Below, piece by piece: positions 31,682 to 41,445 of a DNA stretch of 64,000 bases (positions are counted from its first letter, which is position 1; each line of letters opens with the position of its first letter). The DNA comes from Nitrospirota bacterium (GTDB taxonomy: Bacteria; Nitrospirota; UBA9217), in the NCBI GenBank assembly GCA_963818475.1, contig CAWFSF010000002.1, positions 608,001-672,000 on the forward strand. Direction: 5' to 3'. The notes beneath the pieces were generated by a model that was given only the letters and a program-made list of their open reading frames with translations, ran no database searches and was not told where the DNA came from. The position numbers and the translations under genes are program-made.

Positions 31682-31978
31682 CTATCCCGTTTTTTTGAAC
31701 TTGTTCTTTGCTTCCGTAAAAGCATGCTTGAACTCGTCCCAGGCTGCATCCACGCCTGCTGTCATGGATTCCCAGGCCTCATTGCCCGCGCCTTTCAGTT
31801 CATGGAGCTTTTTGTTGACGGCTTCCCGCTTGGTCTTCATGTCGAGGATCCGGTTCTCATAGGTGACCCTGGCGTCTGCCTTGGCAGCGCGCGCCTTGAA
31901 CTCCAGTTCGTCGATCTTTCTCGACCACTCCTTAAGCTGGGCAGTCATCTTGTCAATATACTCTTCTCTGTTTTTCAT
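31682..31978 (-). CDS. Small coiled-coil stress-response-type protein
   Basis: EEYIDKMTAQLKEW...EAWESMTAGVDAAWDEFK; GGAGG RBS. Confidence 0.8.
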   Translation of the reverse strand: MKNREEYIDKMTAQLKEWSRKIDELEFKARAAKADARVTYENRILDMKTKREAVNKKLHELKGAGNEAWESMTAGVDAAWDEFKHAFTEAKNKFKKTG

Positions 31979-32167
31979 GACCGGTGCCTCCCTCCTTCGA
32001 AGCAGCGCTCTTGTGGTCCTTGTTTGCTGCCTCCGACTTTCTGCTGCTTGTACTTCTAATATAGCACCGGTGGAACAATGCGGCCGGGAAATCCGACAGC
32101 CCTCAATGCCAGTCAGCCGGATATTTTCATCATAAAGTACTAGACTTTTTTTTTGCCTCCATTGCTT

Positions 32168-32196
32168 GTAGGGGCAGGTTTTAAACCTGCCCTTAC
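32168..32196. repeat. GTAG-type REP palindrome
   Basis: GTAGGGGCAGGTTTTAAACCTGCCCTTAC. Confidence 0.65.
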
Positions 32197-32240
32197 CCAT
32201 GCGGCAGTCGCTTCACACAGCGGAGCTTTGCCCCCGAAAT

Positions 32241-32269
32241 TTGACTCAGCAAAGTACGCGTGATACTAT
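32241..32269 (+). promoter_or_regulatory. Sigma70 promoter 7 nt before the ybbA ATG (leaderless)
   Basis: TTGACT-17 bp-TACTAT. Confidence 0.65.
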
Positions 32270-32276
32270 TGCATCC

Positions 32277-32958
32277 ATGCCGATCCTTGAGACGCGCAGC
32301 ATCTCCAAGACCTATACTGCAGGCGAGCCGGAAGATCGCGGTGCTCGACTCGGTCTCCCTTGCGGTGGCAGACGGCGAGTTCCTCGTGGTCCAGGGCGAG
32401 AGCGGCAGCGGTAAGTCGACGCTGCTGTCGATCCTGTCGGGCTTGGACAGCGTGGACAGCGGCACGGTCCTGATCGACGGCAGGGACATTACCGATTGCT
32501 CGGAGGACGATCTGGCGCCGCTCCGGAACAGCTTCTTCGGCTTCGTGTTCCAGTCCTTCCACCTCGTCCCGTCGCTCACGGCTTTGGAGAACATCATGTT
32601 CCCCGCCGAGCTGCGGGGTGACGTCCGCGCTCAGGAAAAGGCGGAGGAGCTGCTGCGCCGCGTGGGGCTGTCGGACCGCGGAGCAAGCTTCCCCCACCAG
32701 CTCTCGGGCGGCGAGAAGCAGCGCTGCGCCATCTGCCGCGCGCTGGTGAACGGCCCGCGGATCATCTTTGCCGACGAGCCCACGGGCAACCTCGATTCCA
32801 TGAACGGCGCCGCCGTGCTCGATCTGCTCCTGGAGCTCCACCGCGAGCGCAACACCACACTGGTCCTGGTCACGCACAGCCGGGAAATAGCGGCAAAAGC
32901 CGGGCGCGTCGTGCTGCTCCGCGACGGACGGATCGCTTCGGGCAGCGGCCATGCGTAA
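32277..32958 (+). CDS. ybbA: ABC transporter ATP-binding protein (YbbA/LolD-like); frameshift near 32325
   Basis: MPILETRSISKTY then GESGSGKST, LSGGEKQR, FADEPTGNLD. Confidence 0.8.
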
Positions 32959-35443
32959 GATCCCCCTGGTCCGGCGCCAGCTCACCGGTTCCCGGCACCA
33001 GGCAGCGATCTTCGTTCTCTGCGTGGCCCTCTCGCTCGTGACCCTCGTCTCGCTCAGCGGGTTCAGCCAAAGCGTCCACTCGTCTTTTCTGAAGGACGCC
33101 CGTGCGCTCCATGCCGCCGACATCATCATCCACGCCCATTCCCCTTTCTCGGAACCGCTGCGGCGGCAACTGTCAGTCATGGAAAAAGAGCGCGTAGTCG
33201 CCAGCGCGCGCGTTCATGAGTTTTACTCGATTGTCCGGACTCCAATTGGTGATGCGTCGCTCCTGGCGAACCTGAAGGCCGCCGATCCGGGCTATCCCTT
33301 CTACGGGAGCGTGCAGCTTGCGTCGGGAAGGCAATTCAACGACGTCCTGAGGCCTGGCAGGATTATCGTTGAGCAGGCATTGCTCGACCGGCTTCACCTG
33401 AAGATCGGCGACCGGGTCAGCATAGGCAGGGCGGCTTTCACGATCAGCGATACTGTTCTGATGGAGCCTGACCGGCCGGTCAACTTTTTCTCGCTCGGCC
33501 CGCGCGTCTTCATCCCTGGCAGCGAACTCGCCTTTCTTGATCTCGTGGGCAAAGGAAGCCGCGTGAACTACACCATCCTCGTCAAGGTCATGGACCAGAA
33601 GGACCTGGACAGGATCGCGCTCCGCCTCAAGGCCGCTTCCCTGCCTGACCGTGAACGGGTCGAGACCTACCGGACCGCTGATTCAGGAGTTAAGCGCTTC
33701 TTTGACAATTTTCTTTTTTTCCTGAACCTCATCGGTATCTTTACGCTGCTTTTGGCAGGCATCGGCATCCAAAGCTCGCTCACCGCCTTTCTGAAAGAAC
33801 AGGAGCGGACCATTGCCGTCATGAAGGCCGTCGGCGCCGGAAGCTTCTTCATCATCAGGAATTATTTTCTCCTGGTCTCGGTCCTCGGTTTGATCGGCAC
33901 GCTCACAGGGCTCGGCGCAAGCGTGCTGCTCGGGCGGTTTCTGCCCGGCCTGTTCCAGGGCCTCCTTCCCGCCAGCATCGAACTTACCATATCAGGGGCG
34001 GCAATTGCCGAAGGGGTCGTTCTCGGGTTTGTGGTCGTGGTCCTCTTTACGATCATCCCCCTGCTCAGGCTCAAGGAAGTGAGGCCGCGGGCCATCTTCA
34101 ACAAGGTCGAACAGGAGGGACGGAAGGCCTACACCTGGCTGCTTGCCGGCGCCATTGCTGTTTTCTTTTCCGGCATGGTGCTCTGGCGGCTGCAGGAGGT
34201 GCGGACCGGGGCCTATTTCGTGCTCGGCGTGGCGACGCTCATTCTCGCCTCCCTTGCCTGCGCTGCCGCCATCCTCCGGCTTCTGCGGAAGCGCCGCCCA
34301 GGGAACCTCGTGCTGCGTCAGGCATTGAAAGGGCTGTTCCGGCCGCAGAACGCCACCCGCGCCATCATGGTGACGCTCGCTGCTTCGCTTGCCGTGATCT
34401 TCTCGATCACCCTCGTTGAAAAGAACCTTGATGCGACCTTTGTCAGCTCCTATCCCCCTGACTCGCCGAACGTTTTTTTCATCGACATCCAGCAGGCGCA
34501 GCAAAAAAGCTTTGCAGAAGAGCTCGGCATGCCTGCTATTTTTTATCCCCTGGTCAGGGGGACGGTCATGGCGATCAACGATGTCACGATCGACCGCGAA
34601 CAGGAGCAAAAGAAGCGGGGCGACAACCTCGGCCGCGAGTTCAGCCTCACCTATCGGGACAGCCTGCTGGATGACGAGCGGATCGTGTCGGGGAAATCGC
34701 TCTATCAAAAGGACTGGCAGGGGCCGCAGGTCTCGGTCCTCGACACGGTGGTCAAGATGCAGGATATGAAGGTAGGCGACAAGATAACCTTCCGCATCCA
34801 GGGCATCCCGGTCGAAGCGCGGATATCGAGCATCAGGACGAGGACAAAGGCGTCGCTCCAGCCCTTCTTCTACTTTGTCTTTCCCGCTGAGGTGCTGCAG
34901 GACGCGCCCCAGACGCTCTTCACCGCCTTGCGCGTCGAAAAGGGGCGCATTCCCCTGCTCCAGAACCGCATCGTAACGGCCTTCCCGAACGTGAGCGTCA
35001 TCGATGTGACCGAGACCATCGCCTCCTTCTCGAAGATCATGGCGCGGCTTTCGACGATCGTCAACTTCTTCACCCTCTTCAGCGTCGTGGCCGGCATCCT
35101 GATCATCATCAGCTCCGTCTTCGCCACGCGCTACACGCGGATCCAGGAGGCGGTCTTTTACACCATCCTCGGCGCCCGGGGAAGGTTCGTGCTTGCGGTC
35201 TTTGGCGTGGAAAGCCTGCTTATCGGGCTTGCCAGCGCCGGCATCGCCCTGGCGCTTGCCCAGACGACCGGCTGGATCGTCTGCACCTATGCGCTCGAGA
35301 TCGAGTACCAGCCGTTCATCGGCACGAGCCTGCTCATGGCGCTTTCGACCATGCTCATGGTCGTTGTCGTGGGCCTGGGGGCAGCGGTCCCGATCCTGCG
35401 CCAGAAACCGGCGGCGTTCCTGCGGGAGCAGGCGGAGGAATGA
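32951..35443 (+). CDS. ybbP: FtsX-like ABC permease (YbbP-like)
   Basis: Two FtsX permease halves; YPFYG, PNVFFIDIQ, REFSLTY. Confidence 0.8.
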   Translation: MRKIPLVRRQLTGSRHQAAIFVLCVALSLVTLVSLSGFSQSVHSSFLKDARALHAADIIIHAHSPFSEPLRRQLSVMEKERVVASARVHEFYSIVRTPIGDASLLANLKAADPGYPFYGSVQLASGRQFNDVLRPGRIIVEQALLDRLHLKIGDRVSIGRAAFTISDTVLMEPDRPVNFFSLGPRVFIPGSELAFLDLVGKGSRVNYTILVKVMDQKDLDRIALRLKAASLPDRERVETYRTADSGVKRFFDNFLFFLNLIGIFTLLLAGIGIQSSLTAFLKEQERTIAVMKAVGAGSFFIIRNYFLLVSVLGLIGTLTGLGASVLLGRFLPGLFQGLLPASIELTISGAAIAEGVVLGFVVVVLFTIIPLLRLKEVRPRAIFNKVEQEGRKAYTWLLAGAIAVFFSGMVLWRLQEVRTGAYFVLGVATLILASLACAAAILRLLRKRRPGNLVLRQALKGLFRPQNATRAIMVTLAASLAVIFSITLVEKNLDATFVSSYPPDSPNVFFIDIQQAQQKSFAEELGMPAIFYPLVRGTVMAINDVTIDREQEQKKRGDNLGREFSLTYRDSLLDDERIVSGKSLYQKDWQGPQVSVLDTVVKMQDMKVGDKITFRIQGIPVEARISSIRTRTKASLQPFFYFVFPAEVLQDAPQTLFTALRVEKGRIPLLQNRIVTAFPNVSVIDVTETIASFSKIMARLSTIVNFFTLFSVVAGILIIISSVFATRYTRIQEAVFYTILGARGRFVLAVFGVESLLIGLASAGIALALAQTTGWIVCTYALEIEYQPFIGTSLLMALSTMLMVVVVGLGAAVPILRQKPAAFLREQAEE

Positions 35444-35480
35444 AATAAGAAGCTGAATACTGCTCAAACCGGAAAGCATA

Positions 35481-35590
35481 TTCTCGCGGAGGCGCGGAGA
35501 TCGCGGAGAACGTCAACGACTGGGAATATGGTTTAAAACTAAAACAGGAGAGATTGTTTTTCTCCGCGTACTCTGCGTCTCCGCGTGAGA
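35481..35590. repeat. REP-like inverted repeat with CGCGGAG tandem arms
   Basis: TCTCGCGGAGGCGCGGAGATCGCGGAGAA ... TTCTCCGCGTACTCTGCGTCTCCGCGTGAGA; related half-copies near 6314 and 24642. Confidence 0.6.
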
Positions 35591-35643
35591 CGCCTTTTGG
35601 TATGCGCTTTTTGTTTCGGCTTGTCCTGGTTTGGAGGAAAATA

Positions 35644-36315
35644 ATGAAAATCTCTTTGATCCGTCAGACATACCTCATTCTTGCCCTGTGCATGCTGCTC
35701 GCTGGCAACGCAGCGCAGAGCGAGGCAGCGCCTTCTTCAGAGCCGCGGTCCAAAGGCATCATCGTTGCCGTAGGCGACAGCCTCACGGCCGGACTCGGCG
35801 TGAACGAAGAGGAAGCCTATCCAGCGCTTCTCGAAAAAAAGCTGCGGCAAGCGGGATATGACTGGAAGGTCGTCAATGCGGGCATCAGCGGCGAAACGAG
35901 CAGCGGCACGCTCTCGCGCATCAACTGGGTGATGAAGCTCAGGCCGGACATCGTTATCCTCGAGACCGGGGCCAATGACGGCTTGCGCGGCATTGATCCG
36001 GCCGTGACCAGGAAGAACATCGACGAAACGATCCGCATCCTGAAGCAGCAGAACGTAACGGTGGTCCTTGCCGGCATGCAGATGGTCAGGAACCTGGGCC
36101 AGAAGTTCACGCAAGACTTTGCGGACATCTATCCCTCTCTGGCAAAGAAGCACGGCCTGATCCTGGTCCCCTTCTTTTTACAGGGTGTGGCCGGCAACCC
36201 ATCCCTGAACCAGGCTGACGGTATCCATCCCACGGCAGAGGGCTACCGCATCATAACGGAAAAGATCTACCCCTTTGCACGCAAGGCGATCGATGGGAAC
36301 AAGAAGCGCTTGTAG
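35644..36315 (+). CDS. tesA: GDSL/SGNH arylesterase (TesA-like)
   Basis: GDSLTAG, NAGISGET, GANDGLRG, DGIHP. Confidence 0.88.
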   Translation: MKISLIRQTYLILALCMLLAGNAAQSEAAPSSEPRSKGIIVAVGDSLTAGLGVNEEEAYPALLEKKLRQAGYDWKVVNAGISGETSSGTLSRINWVMKLRPDIVILETGANDGLRGIDPAVTRKNIDETIRILKQQNVTVVLAGMQMVRNLGQKFTQDFADIYPSLAKKHGLILVPFFLQGVAGNPSLNQADGIHPTAEGYRIITEKIYPFARKAIDGNKKRL

Positions 36316-36402
36316 ATGCTCCCGCGAGCGTGCCAACCTCCAGAAGGTATCCGGGAATTCAGGATACCTGGGGATTGCTTTAGCAGAAGGCCTTTAATCC
36401 TT

Positions 36403-36744
36403 TTATTTCTTCTCTTCCACCTTCAAGAGACTCTTGACGGATTTAACACCCTTAATTTCCTTGATCTTTTCGACAAGCCGCGCTTCGGTGTCTCTGCTGT
36501 TCACAAAACCCTGGAGAACAACCTCTCCCTGCGTTGTCGTCACATCGATCTTCAGAAAATTGGCATCGGGGTCTTTAATTACTATCGCGTTAACTTTTGT
36601 CGAAATCGTTGAGTCGTCTATATATTCACCCGTTGATTCGCCTTTGAGTGTGGCGCACCCCGAAAGCAGGGCCAACCCAATAACCATTAATACTGCCGAC
36701 AAAAAGACCTTCTTCATTCCTGCCAACATAACAATCTTCTTCAT
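36403..36744 (-). CDS. BON-domain lipoprotein (OsmY-like)
   Basis: Lipobox LSGC; GEYIDDSTISTKV, IDVTT..GEVVLQGFV. Confidence 0.88.
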   Translation of the reverse strand: MKKIVMLAGMKKVFLSAVLMVIGLALLSGCATLKGESTGEYIDDSTISTKVNAIVIKDPDANFLKIDVTTTQGEVVLQGFVNSRDTEARLVEKIKEIKGVKSVKSLLKVEEKK

Positions 36745-36870
36745 GTCGCTCCTCCTCACTTTAGCTTTTCGGTTAAAAAAAGTGTGTTTGAAACTTCGTC
36801 GAGATCAACAGATCATAACACCAACTCCAATTGACAACGCAGTATTGTCAAAATCTTTGCCACGCTCAAG

Positions 36871-37032
36871 TTACGGATGCGGAGGCATGGGCACGTGCCC
36901 TGGTCCAGGTAAGTGCCCCGGTCTCGGTCCTCCTGGAAAACATGATGAAAGACCAAGTGATGACGCAAAGATAAGCAATACCATTAATATCCATATCTTT
37001 TTCATGAATCCACGTAGTACATTTTTTTTCAT
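36871..37032 (-). CDS. Small Pro/His-rich lipoprotein, 53 aa (not in ORF track)
   Basis: MKKNVLRGFMKKIWILMVLLIFASSLGLSSC-FPGGPRPGHLPGPGHVPMPPHP; AGGAG RBS. Confidence 0.6.
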   Translation of the reverse strand: MKKNVLRGFMKKIWILMVLLIFASSLGLSSCFPGGPRPGHLPGPGHVPMPPHP

Positions 37033-37466
37033 TTTATTTCTCCTTTTTTGTTATTACGTTTCGGATTCTTTCGCACGAAAGCACTCAAGTTGCTGTCCTT
37101 TGTAAATGGCCCTTTTTTCTATTTTTTTTATTTTAGCACTTTTGATGGTGACAAGCCCCGCGCGTCAGGCGCGTGTTAAACTATTCAAACCTTATCATTC
37201 CAGCCCCCCGCGCTTTACTGCACTTATCTGTATGCTTTATGGCTTTTCTCCGAGCTTTCAAGGTAAAAATGCACCCAAAGTATACATAAAAGCAGAACCG
37301 GTCCTCGTATTTTCAGGTACTTATATAAACACGTTGCCGGAGGGGACAGTTTTATTATTCGAATAATCATGATAAGCGAAGGGATCTGTTTCCTTAGGGA
37401 GCAAAGTCATAGGAAAGTCCAGTTTCAATTAACAGGAACTGGCTGAAAAATTGAGCTTCCCGTCCG

Positions 37467-37481
37467 CGGCATGGAACTTGC
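37467..37481 (+). promoter_or_regulatory. Sigma54 -24/-12 promoter, distal copy
   Basis: CGGCATGGAACTTGC (GG-N10-GC). Confidence 0.6.
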
Positions 37482-37839
37482 CTTTTCATGCACTGAACAG
37501 AACAAGAGCGACGTCTTCAAGAAGCAAATCCTGAATCCTTAAGGCAATGAATCCTCACGTGAGTGGCCCGTTTTATCCCCGGGATATTCTAGCTCATGGA
37601 AAAAGGTCTACACGCAGCAAATATGCGGGCATTCCAACGAAAGTTGTATCCAAAGTTTACAGTTTTTTTTGACAGGCCCTTTAATTTCCAATGAGTTAAG
37701 CAAATTGCTCCCCAAATGGACAGTGCAATGAATGATAAAAAATAGGAACAAAGCCGTTTCTGTTTCCGGAAGAAGCAATCCGATTACGACGCGAATAGCA
37801 GAAGAAGACAAAGGGCTGATAAATTGAGTTTCTCAAGTT

Positions 37840-37854
37840 CGGCATTGAACTTGC
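37840..37854 (+). promoter_or_regulatory. Sigma54 -24/-12 promoter of flp
   Basis: CGGCATTGAACTTGC (GG-N10-GC). Confidence 0.7.
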
Positions 37855-37986
37855 TATTTAGGCTACTACAAGAGCTTGAACGAAGGCAATGAGGTCCCCG
37901 GCATGTGCGGGAAAATAGAATAGCAGATTTCAGACAAGCCGGCTGTTGAGACCGGCTTATTTCAACTGTGAAAGGAGGTGAAGGAC

Positions 37987-38172
37987 ATGATAATGAATAT
38001 GATGAGGTATATGCTCGGGAAGCTGAAAGTACAAAGAGGCGCTACGGCTGTTGAATACGCACTGATGGTCGCTCTTATTGCCGCCGTCATTGTTGGTACC
38101 GTAGGGTTGCTGGGTACCACGGTTGACGGTATCTTTGACGGGATTGTGGAGAAATTGGCCCCAGCAGAGTGA
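37987..38172 (+). CDS. flp: Flp type IVb/c pilin
   Basis: RG|ATAVEYALMVALIAAVI; AAGGAGGT RBS. Confidence 0.92.
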   Translation: MIMNMMRYMLGKLKVQRGATAVEYALMVALIAAVIVGTVGLLGTTVDGIFDGIVEKLAPAE

Positions 38173-38219
38173 TCTGACTCCTCGGCCGAAACGCCATTCA
38201 TGCCGGCTAGTGTAACTCA

Positions 38220-38258
38220 CGGGAGAGATGCATCGGAGATGCATTTCTCCCGGATTTT
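38220..38258 (+). terminator. Hairpin after flp (partial terminator or mRNA stabiliser)
   Basis: CGGGAGAGATGCATC-gga-GATGCATTTCTCCCG followed by ATTTT. Confidence 0.55.
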
Positions 38259-38294
38259 AAGAAAAAAATCCTGTCTGATACGTGGGGGTGTGCG

Positions 38295-39158
38295 GTGAAA
38301 CGATATAAACCAGTCATTCTAATTGTCCTGACCGTGCTGGTCGCTCTGGCCACGAGTTTAATGACCTACCGATGGCTTAAGGCAAGGTCCGCCTATGGCG
38401 CCCAGGGAACGGGGACCGTAAACGTGGCAGTGGCAGTAACGGACCTGGACTGGGGAACGATCATAAAACCGGAGATGGTAAAGATCGTTCCGTTCCTGAA
38501 GGGGAGCCTGACCTCCGGTTTCTTTCCGGACCCGGCCTCTGTTGCGGGACGCGTTGTCATCACCCCTGTAAAGGCAGGTGAACCCATATTTGCATCGCGC
38601 CTGGCCTCTTCGGACGTGACGCGCGGCGGAGTTGCCGCCGTGATATCCGAAAACAAGCGGGCCATGGGCGTGAAAGTTGACAAAGTGAAGGGTGTATCGG
38701 GCTTCATCCATCCGGGAAACAGGGTGGACGTTGTCGCCACCTTCAAGCCGGCGCATTCAAGGGCGCCGGTAACCATGACCGTGATCGAAAATGTCCCTGT
38801 TCTCGCAGTGGGCACGGAAACGGAGCTCAAGAACAAGCAGGAAAAACCCTCTGATGTGGATGTGATCACGCTCGAAGTGACGCCCGAGGAGGCCGAAGTG
38901 CTCGCCCTCGCCGCGGCGGAAGGGAAGCTGCAGCTCTCCCTCAGAAATTTCAGCGATACTAAAAATGTCTCTACGAGCGGGGCCACCGTGCAGTCGCTCA
39001 TCAGTCTTTTAAGCGGCAAAGACGCTGCGCCCGTGCGAAGAACAGTCCGTCGGGGAAAAGGCTCGGACGTAAAACCAGCCTACTCCGCATACGCAAAGGT
39101 CCAGTTGATAGAAGGCCAGAAAGTTCAGGACGTGAACTTCAAGAAAAGAAGGGAGTGA
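38295..39158 (+). CDS. cpaB: Flp pilus assembly protein CpaB/RcpC
   Basis: SAF domain; GVSGFIHPGNRVDV, TLEVTPEEAE, LSLRN. Confidence 0.92.
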   Translation: MKRYKPVILIVLTVLVALATSLMTYRWLKARSAYGAQGTGTVNVAVAVTDLDWGTIIKPEMVKIVPFLKGSLTSGFFPDPASVAGRVVITPVKAGEPIFASRLASSDVTRGGVAAVISENKRAMGVKVDKVKGVSGFIHPGNRVDVVATFKPAHSRAPVTMTVIENVPVLAVGTETELKNKQEKPSDVDVITLEVTPEEAEVLALAAAEGKLQLSLRNFSDTKNVSTSGATVQSLISLLSGKDAAPVRRTVRRGKGSDVKPAYSAYAKVQLIEGQKVQDVNFKKRRE

Positions 39159-40603
39159 ATAGGGTCATGATAAAAAGCGCGCGCCGCGGGGTTTGTGTAA
39201 CCGTCTTTATAATTGCTTTGGCATACAGCGTCCTTGCCGGTCAGGCCGGGGCGAAAGAGTCCGCAATCAAGCTCGATACGACAACACCGCAAAAAATAAG
39301 CCTTATGGCGGGAAAATCCCTCGTCATCGAGAGCCCCATGGCGGTAAAGAGAGTTTCCCTGGCCGCACCCGCGTTAGCGGACGCCATCATACTCAGCACC
39401 CGGCAGATCTATCTTACCGGGAAAGCGGCGGGCATGACCAATCTGACCCTCTGGGAAAACGATGACAATTTTACGACCTTCGACCTCGAAGTGTATCCGG
39501 ACATGGTGCGCCTCAAGGAGAAGCTCCATGAAATACTTCCCCAGGAGGAGAACATAAAGGTTTCCTACTCCCACGATTCGATCATTCTTTCGAACACGAT
39601 CTCGAATGCAGCCAACCTCTCGCGGGCGCTGGCCGTGGCCGAGCCTTTCGGCAAGGTGGTCAACCTGCTCGAGGTGGGAGGCGTCCAGCAGGTGATGCTC
39701 GAAGTGAGGGTCTCCGAGGTGCAGCGAAGCACCATGAAGAAGCTCGGCATCAATTTCGGCGGGGTGGGGGCAAGCGGAAAACAGTTCGGCGTTTCCCTGC
39801 TCGGCAACCTCACCAGCATCGGACGCGAGTTTCCGGCGGGATCGGAGGCGATACGTGGTCGCCCCGGGAAATTTCAATGTGACCTCGAGTGTGAACGGCA
39901 TCTTCCGGTTCCTGCATGACGGCGCACCTGGACCGGCTTCATAGACGCCCTGCGGGAAGAGGGCTTGCTCACCGTCCTTGCAGAGCCGACGCTCACCACC
40001 CTGAGCGGCCAGATGGCGAGCTTCAACGCCGGCGGCGAAGTGCCGATCCCCGAATCCGGCGGTCTGGGCACGACAACTATCACCTACAAGAAATTCGGCG
40101 TGGGGCTCAACTTTACCCCGACGGTCCAGAGTGACGGCAGGATCTCGATGCAGGTAGCGCCGCGGGTGTCGGAACTCGATTTCACCAACGCCATCCAGTC
40201 GCAGGGCTTCCTGATCCCGGCCTTCACGGAGCGTGAGGTCTCCACGGTCATCGAGCTCGGCGACGGCCAGAGCTTCGCCATAGCAGGGCTTTTAAGCAAC
40301 AATGTGACCGAAGTGGTCTCCAAGTTCCCGGTTCTCGGCGATATTCCGATCCTCGGGGCGCTGTTTAGAAGCAGCTCTTTTAGAAAGAACGAGAGCGAAC
40401 TGGTGGTGATCGTCACGCCCCATCTGGTAAAACCGCTCGACATGAGCAAACAAACGCTGCCGACGGACAAATACAGCGACCCGGGCGACTTCAAGTTCTA
40501 TCTTCTGGGCGACCTCTCGGGAAAACCGAAGGAGCGCGCCTCTTCCGTGCCGGTCGGCAAAAAGGGTTTTGACGGCGAAGTGGGCCATATCGTTCTGCAG
40601 TAG
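39155..40603 (+). CDS. cpaC: Tad secretin CpaC/RcpA (two frameshifts near 39850-39930)
   Basis: QQVMLEVRVSEV; AEPTLTTLSGQMASFNAGGEVPIP; PVLGDIPILGALF; ELVVIVTP. Confidence 0.9.
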
Positions 40604-40694
40604 AACAGGCGGTGTTCTGCGCTTTCGGTATCGGACTTCATATTGCGGTACAACCAGGAAACGACAAACTGCTTTTCGGATGCGGGAGGAAGAG

Positions 40695-41006
40695 ATGCAA
40701 AAAAAATATTATGCAACAGTCGTTGTCTTGATCATGCTGGCTACGGGCGGGTGCGGCCATTACGGAGCACTGGAAGAGGATTACGGCAAATCGTTCAACC
40801 AGGCGAAGGCCGGTCAGATCCTGAACCCCCAGGCCTCGAAGAACCTGCAGCCCGTTACCGGGCTTTCCGGCGAGGCTGCGGCGGCGAGCGAGGCAAAATA
40901 TCTTCAGAGCTTCGGCAAGACCTCTCAGAAGCCGGCCTCGAAGAGTTTCGTGGTGCCGGTGATTCCCGGAGGAGCAGGAGCGGGACAAGATGCGTACGGT
41001 AAATAG
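40695..41006 (+). CDS. Tad-associated small lipoprotein
   Basis: TGGC lipobox-like; YGKSFNQAKAGQILNP; GGAGG RBS. Confidence 0.7.
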   Translation: MQKKYYATVVVLIMLATGGCGHYGALEEDYGKSFNQAKAGQILNPQASKNLQPVTGLSGEAAAASEAKYLQSFGKTSQKPASKSFVVPVIPGGAGAGQDAYGK

Positions 41007-41430
41007 AGAAAAAGGCGCCTCGGCCGTAGAGTTTGCTCTGGTGTTGCCGGTGCTCATGCTGGTCCTCTTCGGGATCATCGAGTTCGGATTTATCCTCTAC
41101 GACAAGGCGGTCATCACGAACGCGAGCAGGGAGGGTGCCCGAAAAGGTATAGCCTTCCGCCAGGACGCCACCGGCATTCTCGCCGTGTCGGAAACGGAGA
41201 TCACGAGCACAGTTGCCGGCTATACCGGGACCTATCTCGTCTCGCTCGGAAGCGTACTACCCGCACCCGTGACAAACGTTTCGGGAAATTGCTCGATTGC
41301 GAACAGTGCTCTTACCGTAACGGTGTCCTATCCCTATACGTTTTTGGTGCTGCCGAGCTTTGCCTCCAGCCTGACCGGCGGCATCATGTTGAATGCGGTG
41401 ACCGTGATGAATTGCGAATATCAAAATTAA
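40990..41430 (+). CDS. tadE: TadE-like pseudopilin
   Basis: KGASAVEFALVLP...GIIEFG...NASREGAR. Confidence 0.9.
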   Translation: MRTVNREKGASAVEFALVLPVLMLVLFGIIEFGFILYDKAVITNASREGARKGIAFRQDATGILAVSETEITSTVAGYTGTYLVSLGSVLPAPVTNVSGNCSIANSALTVTVSYPYTFLVLPSFASSLTGGIMLNAVTVMNCEYQN

Positions 41431-41445
41431 TGACCGGAAAATGCT

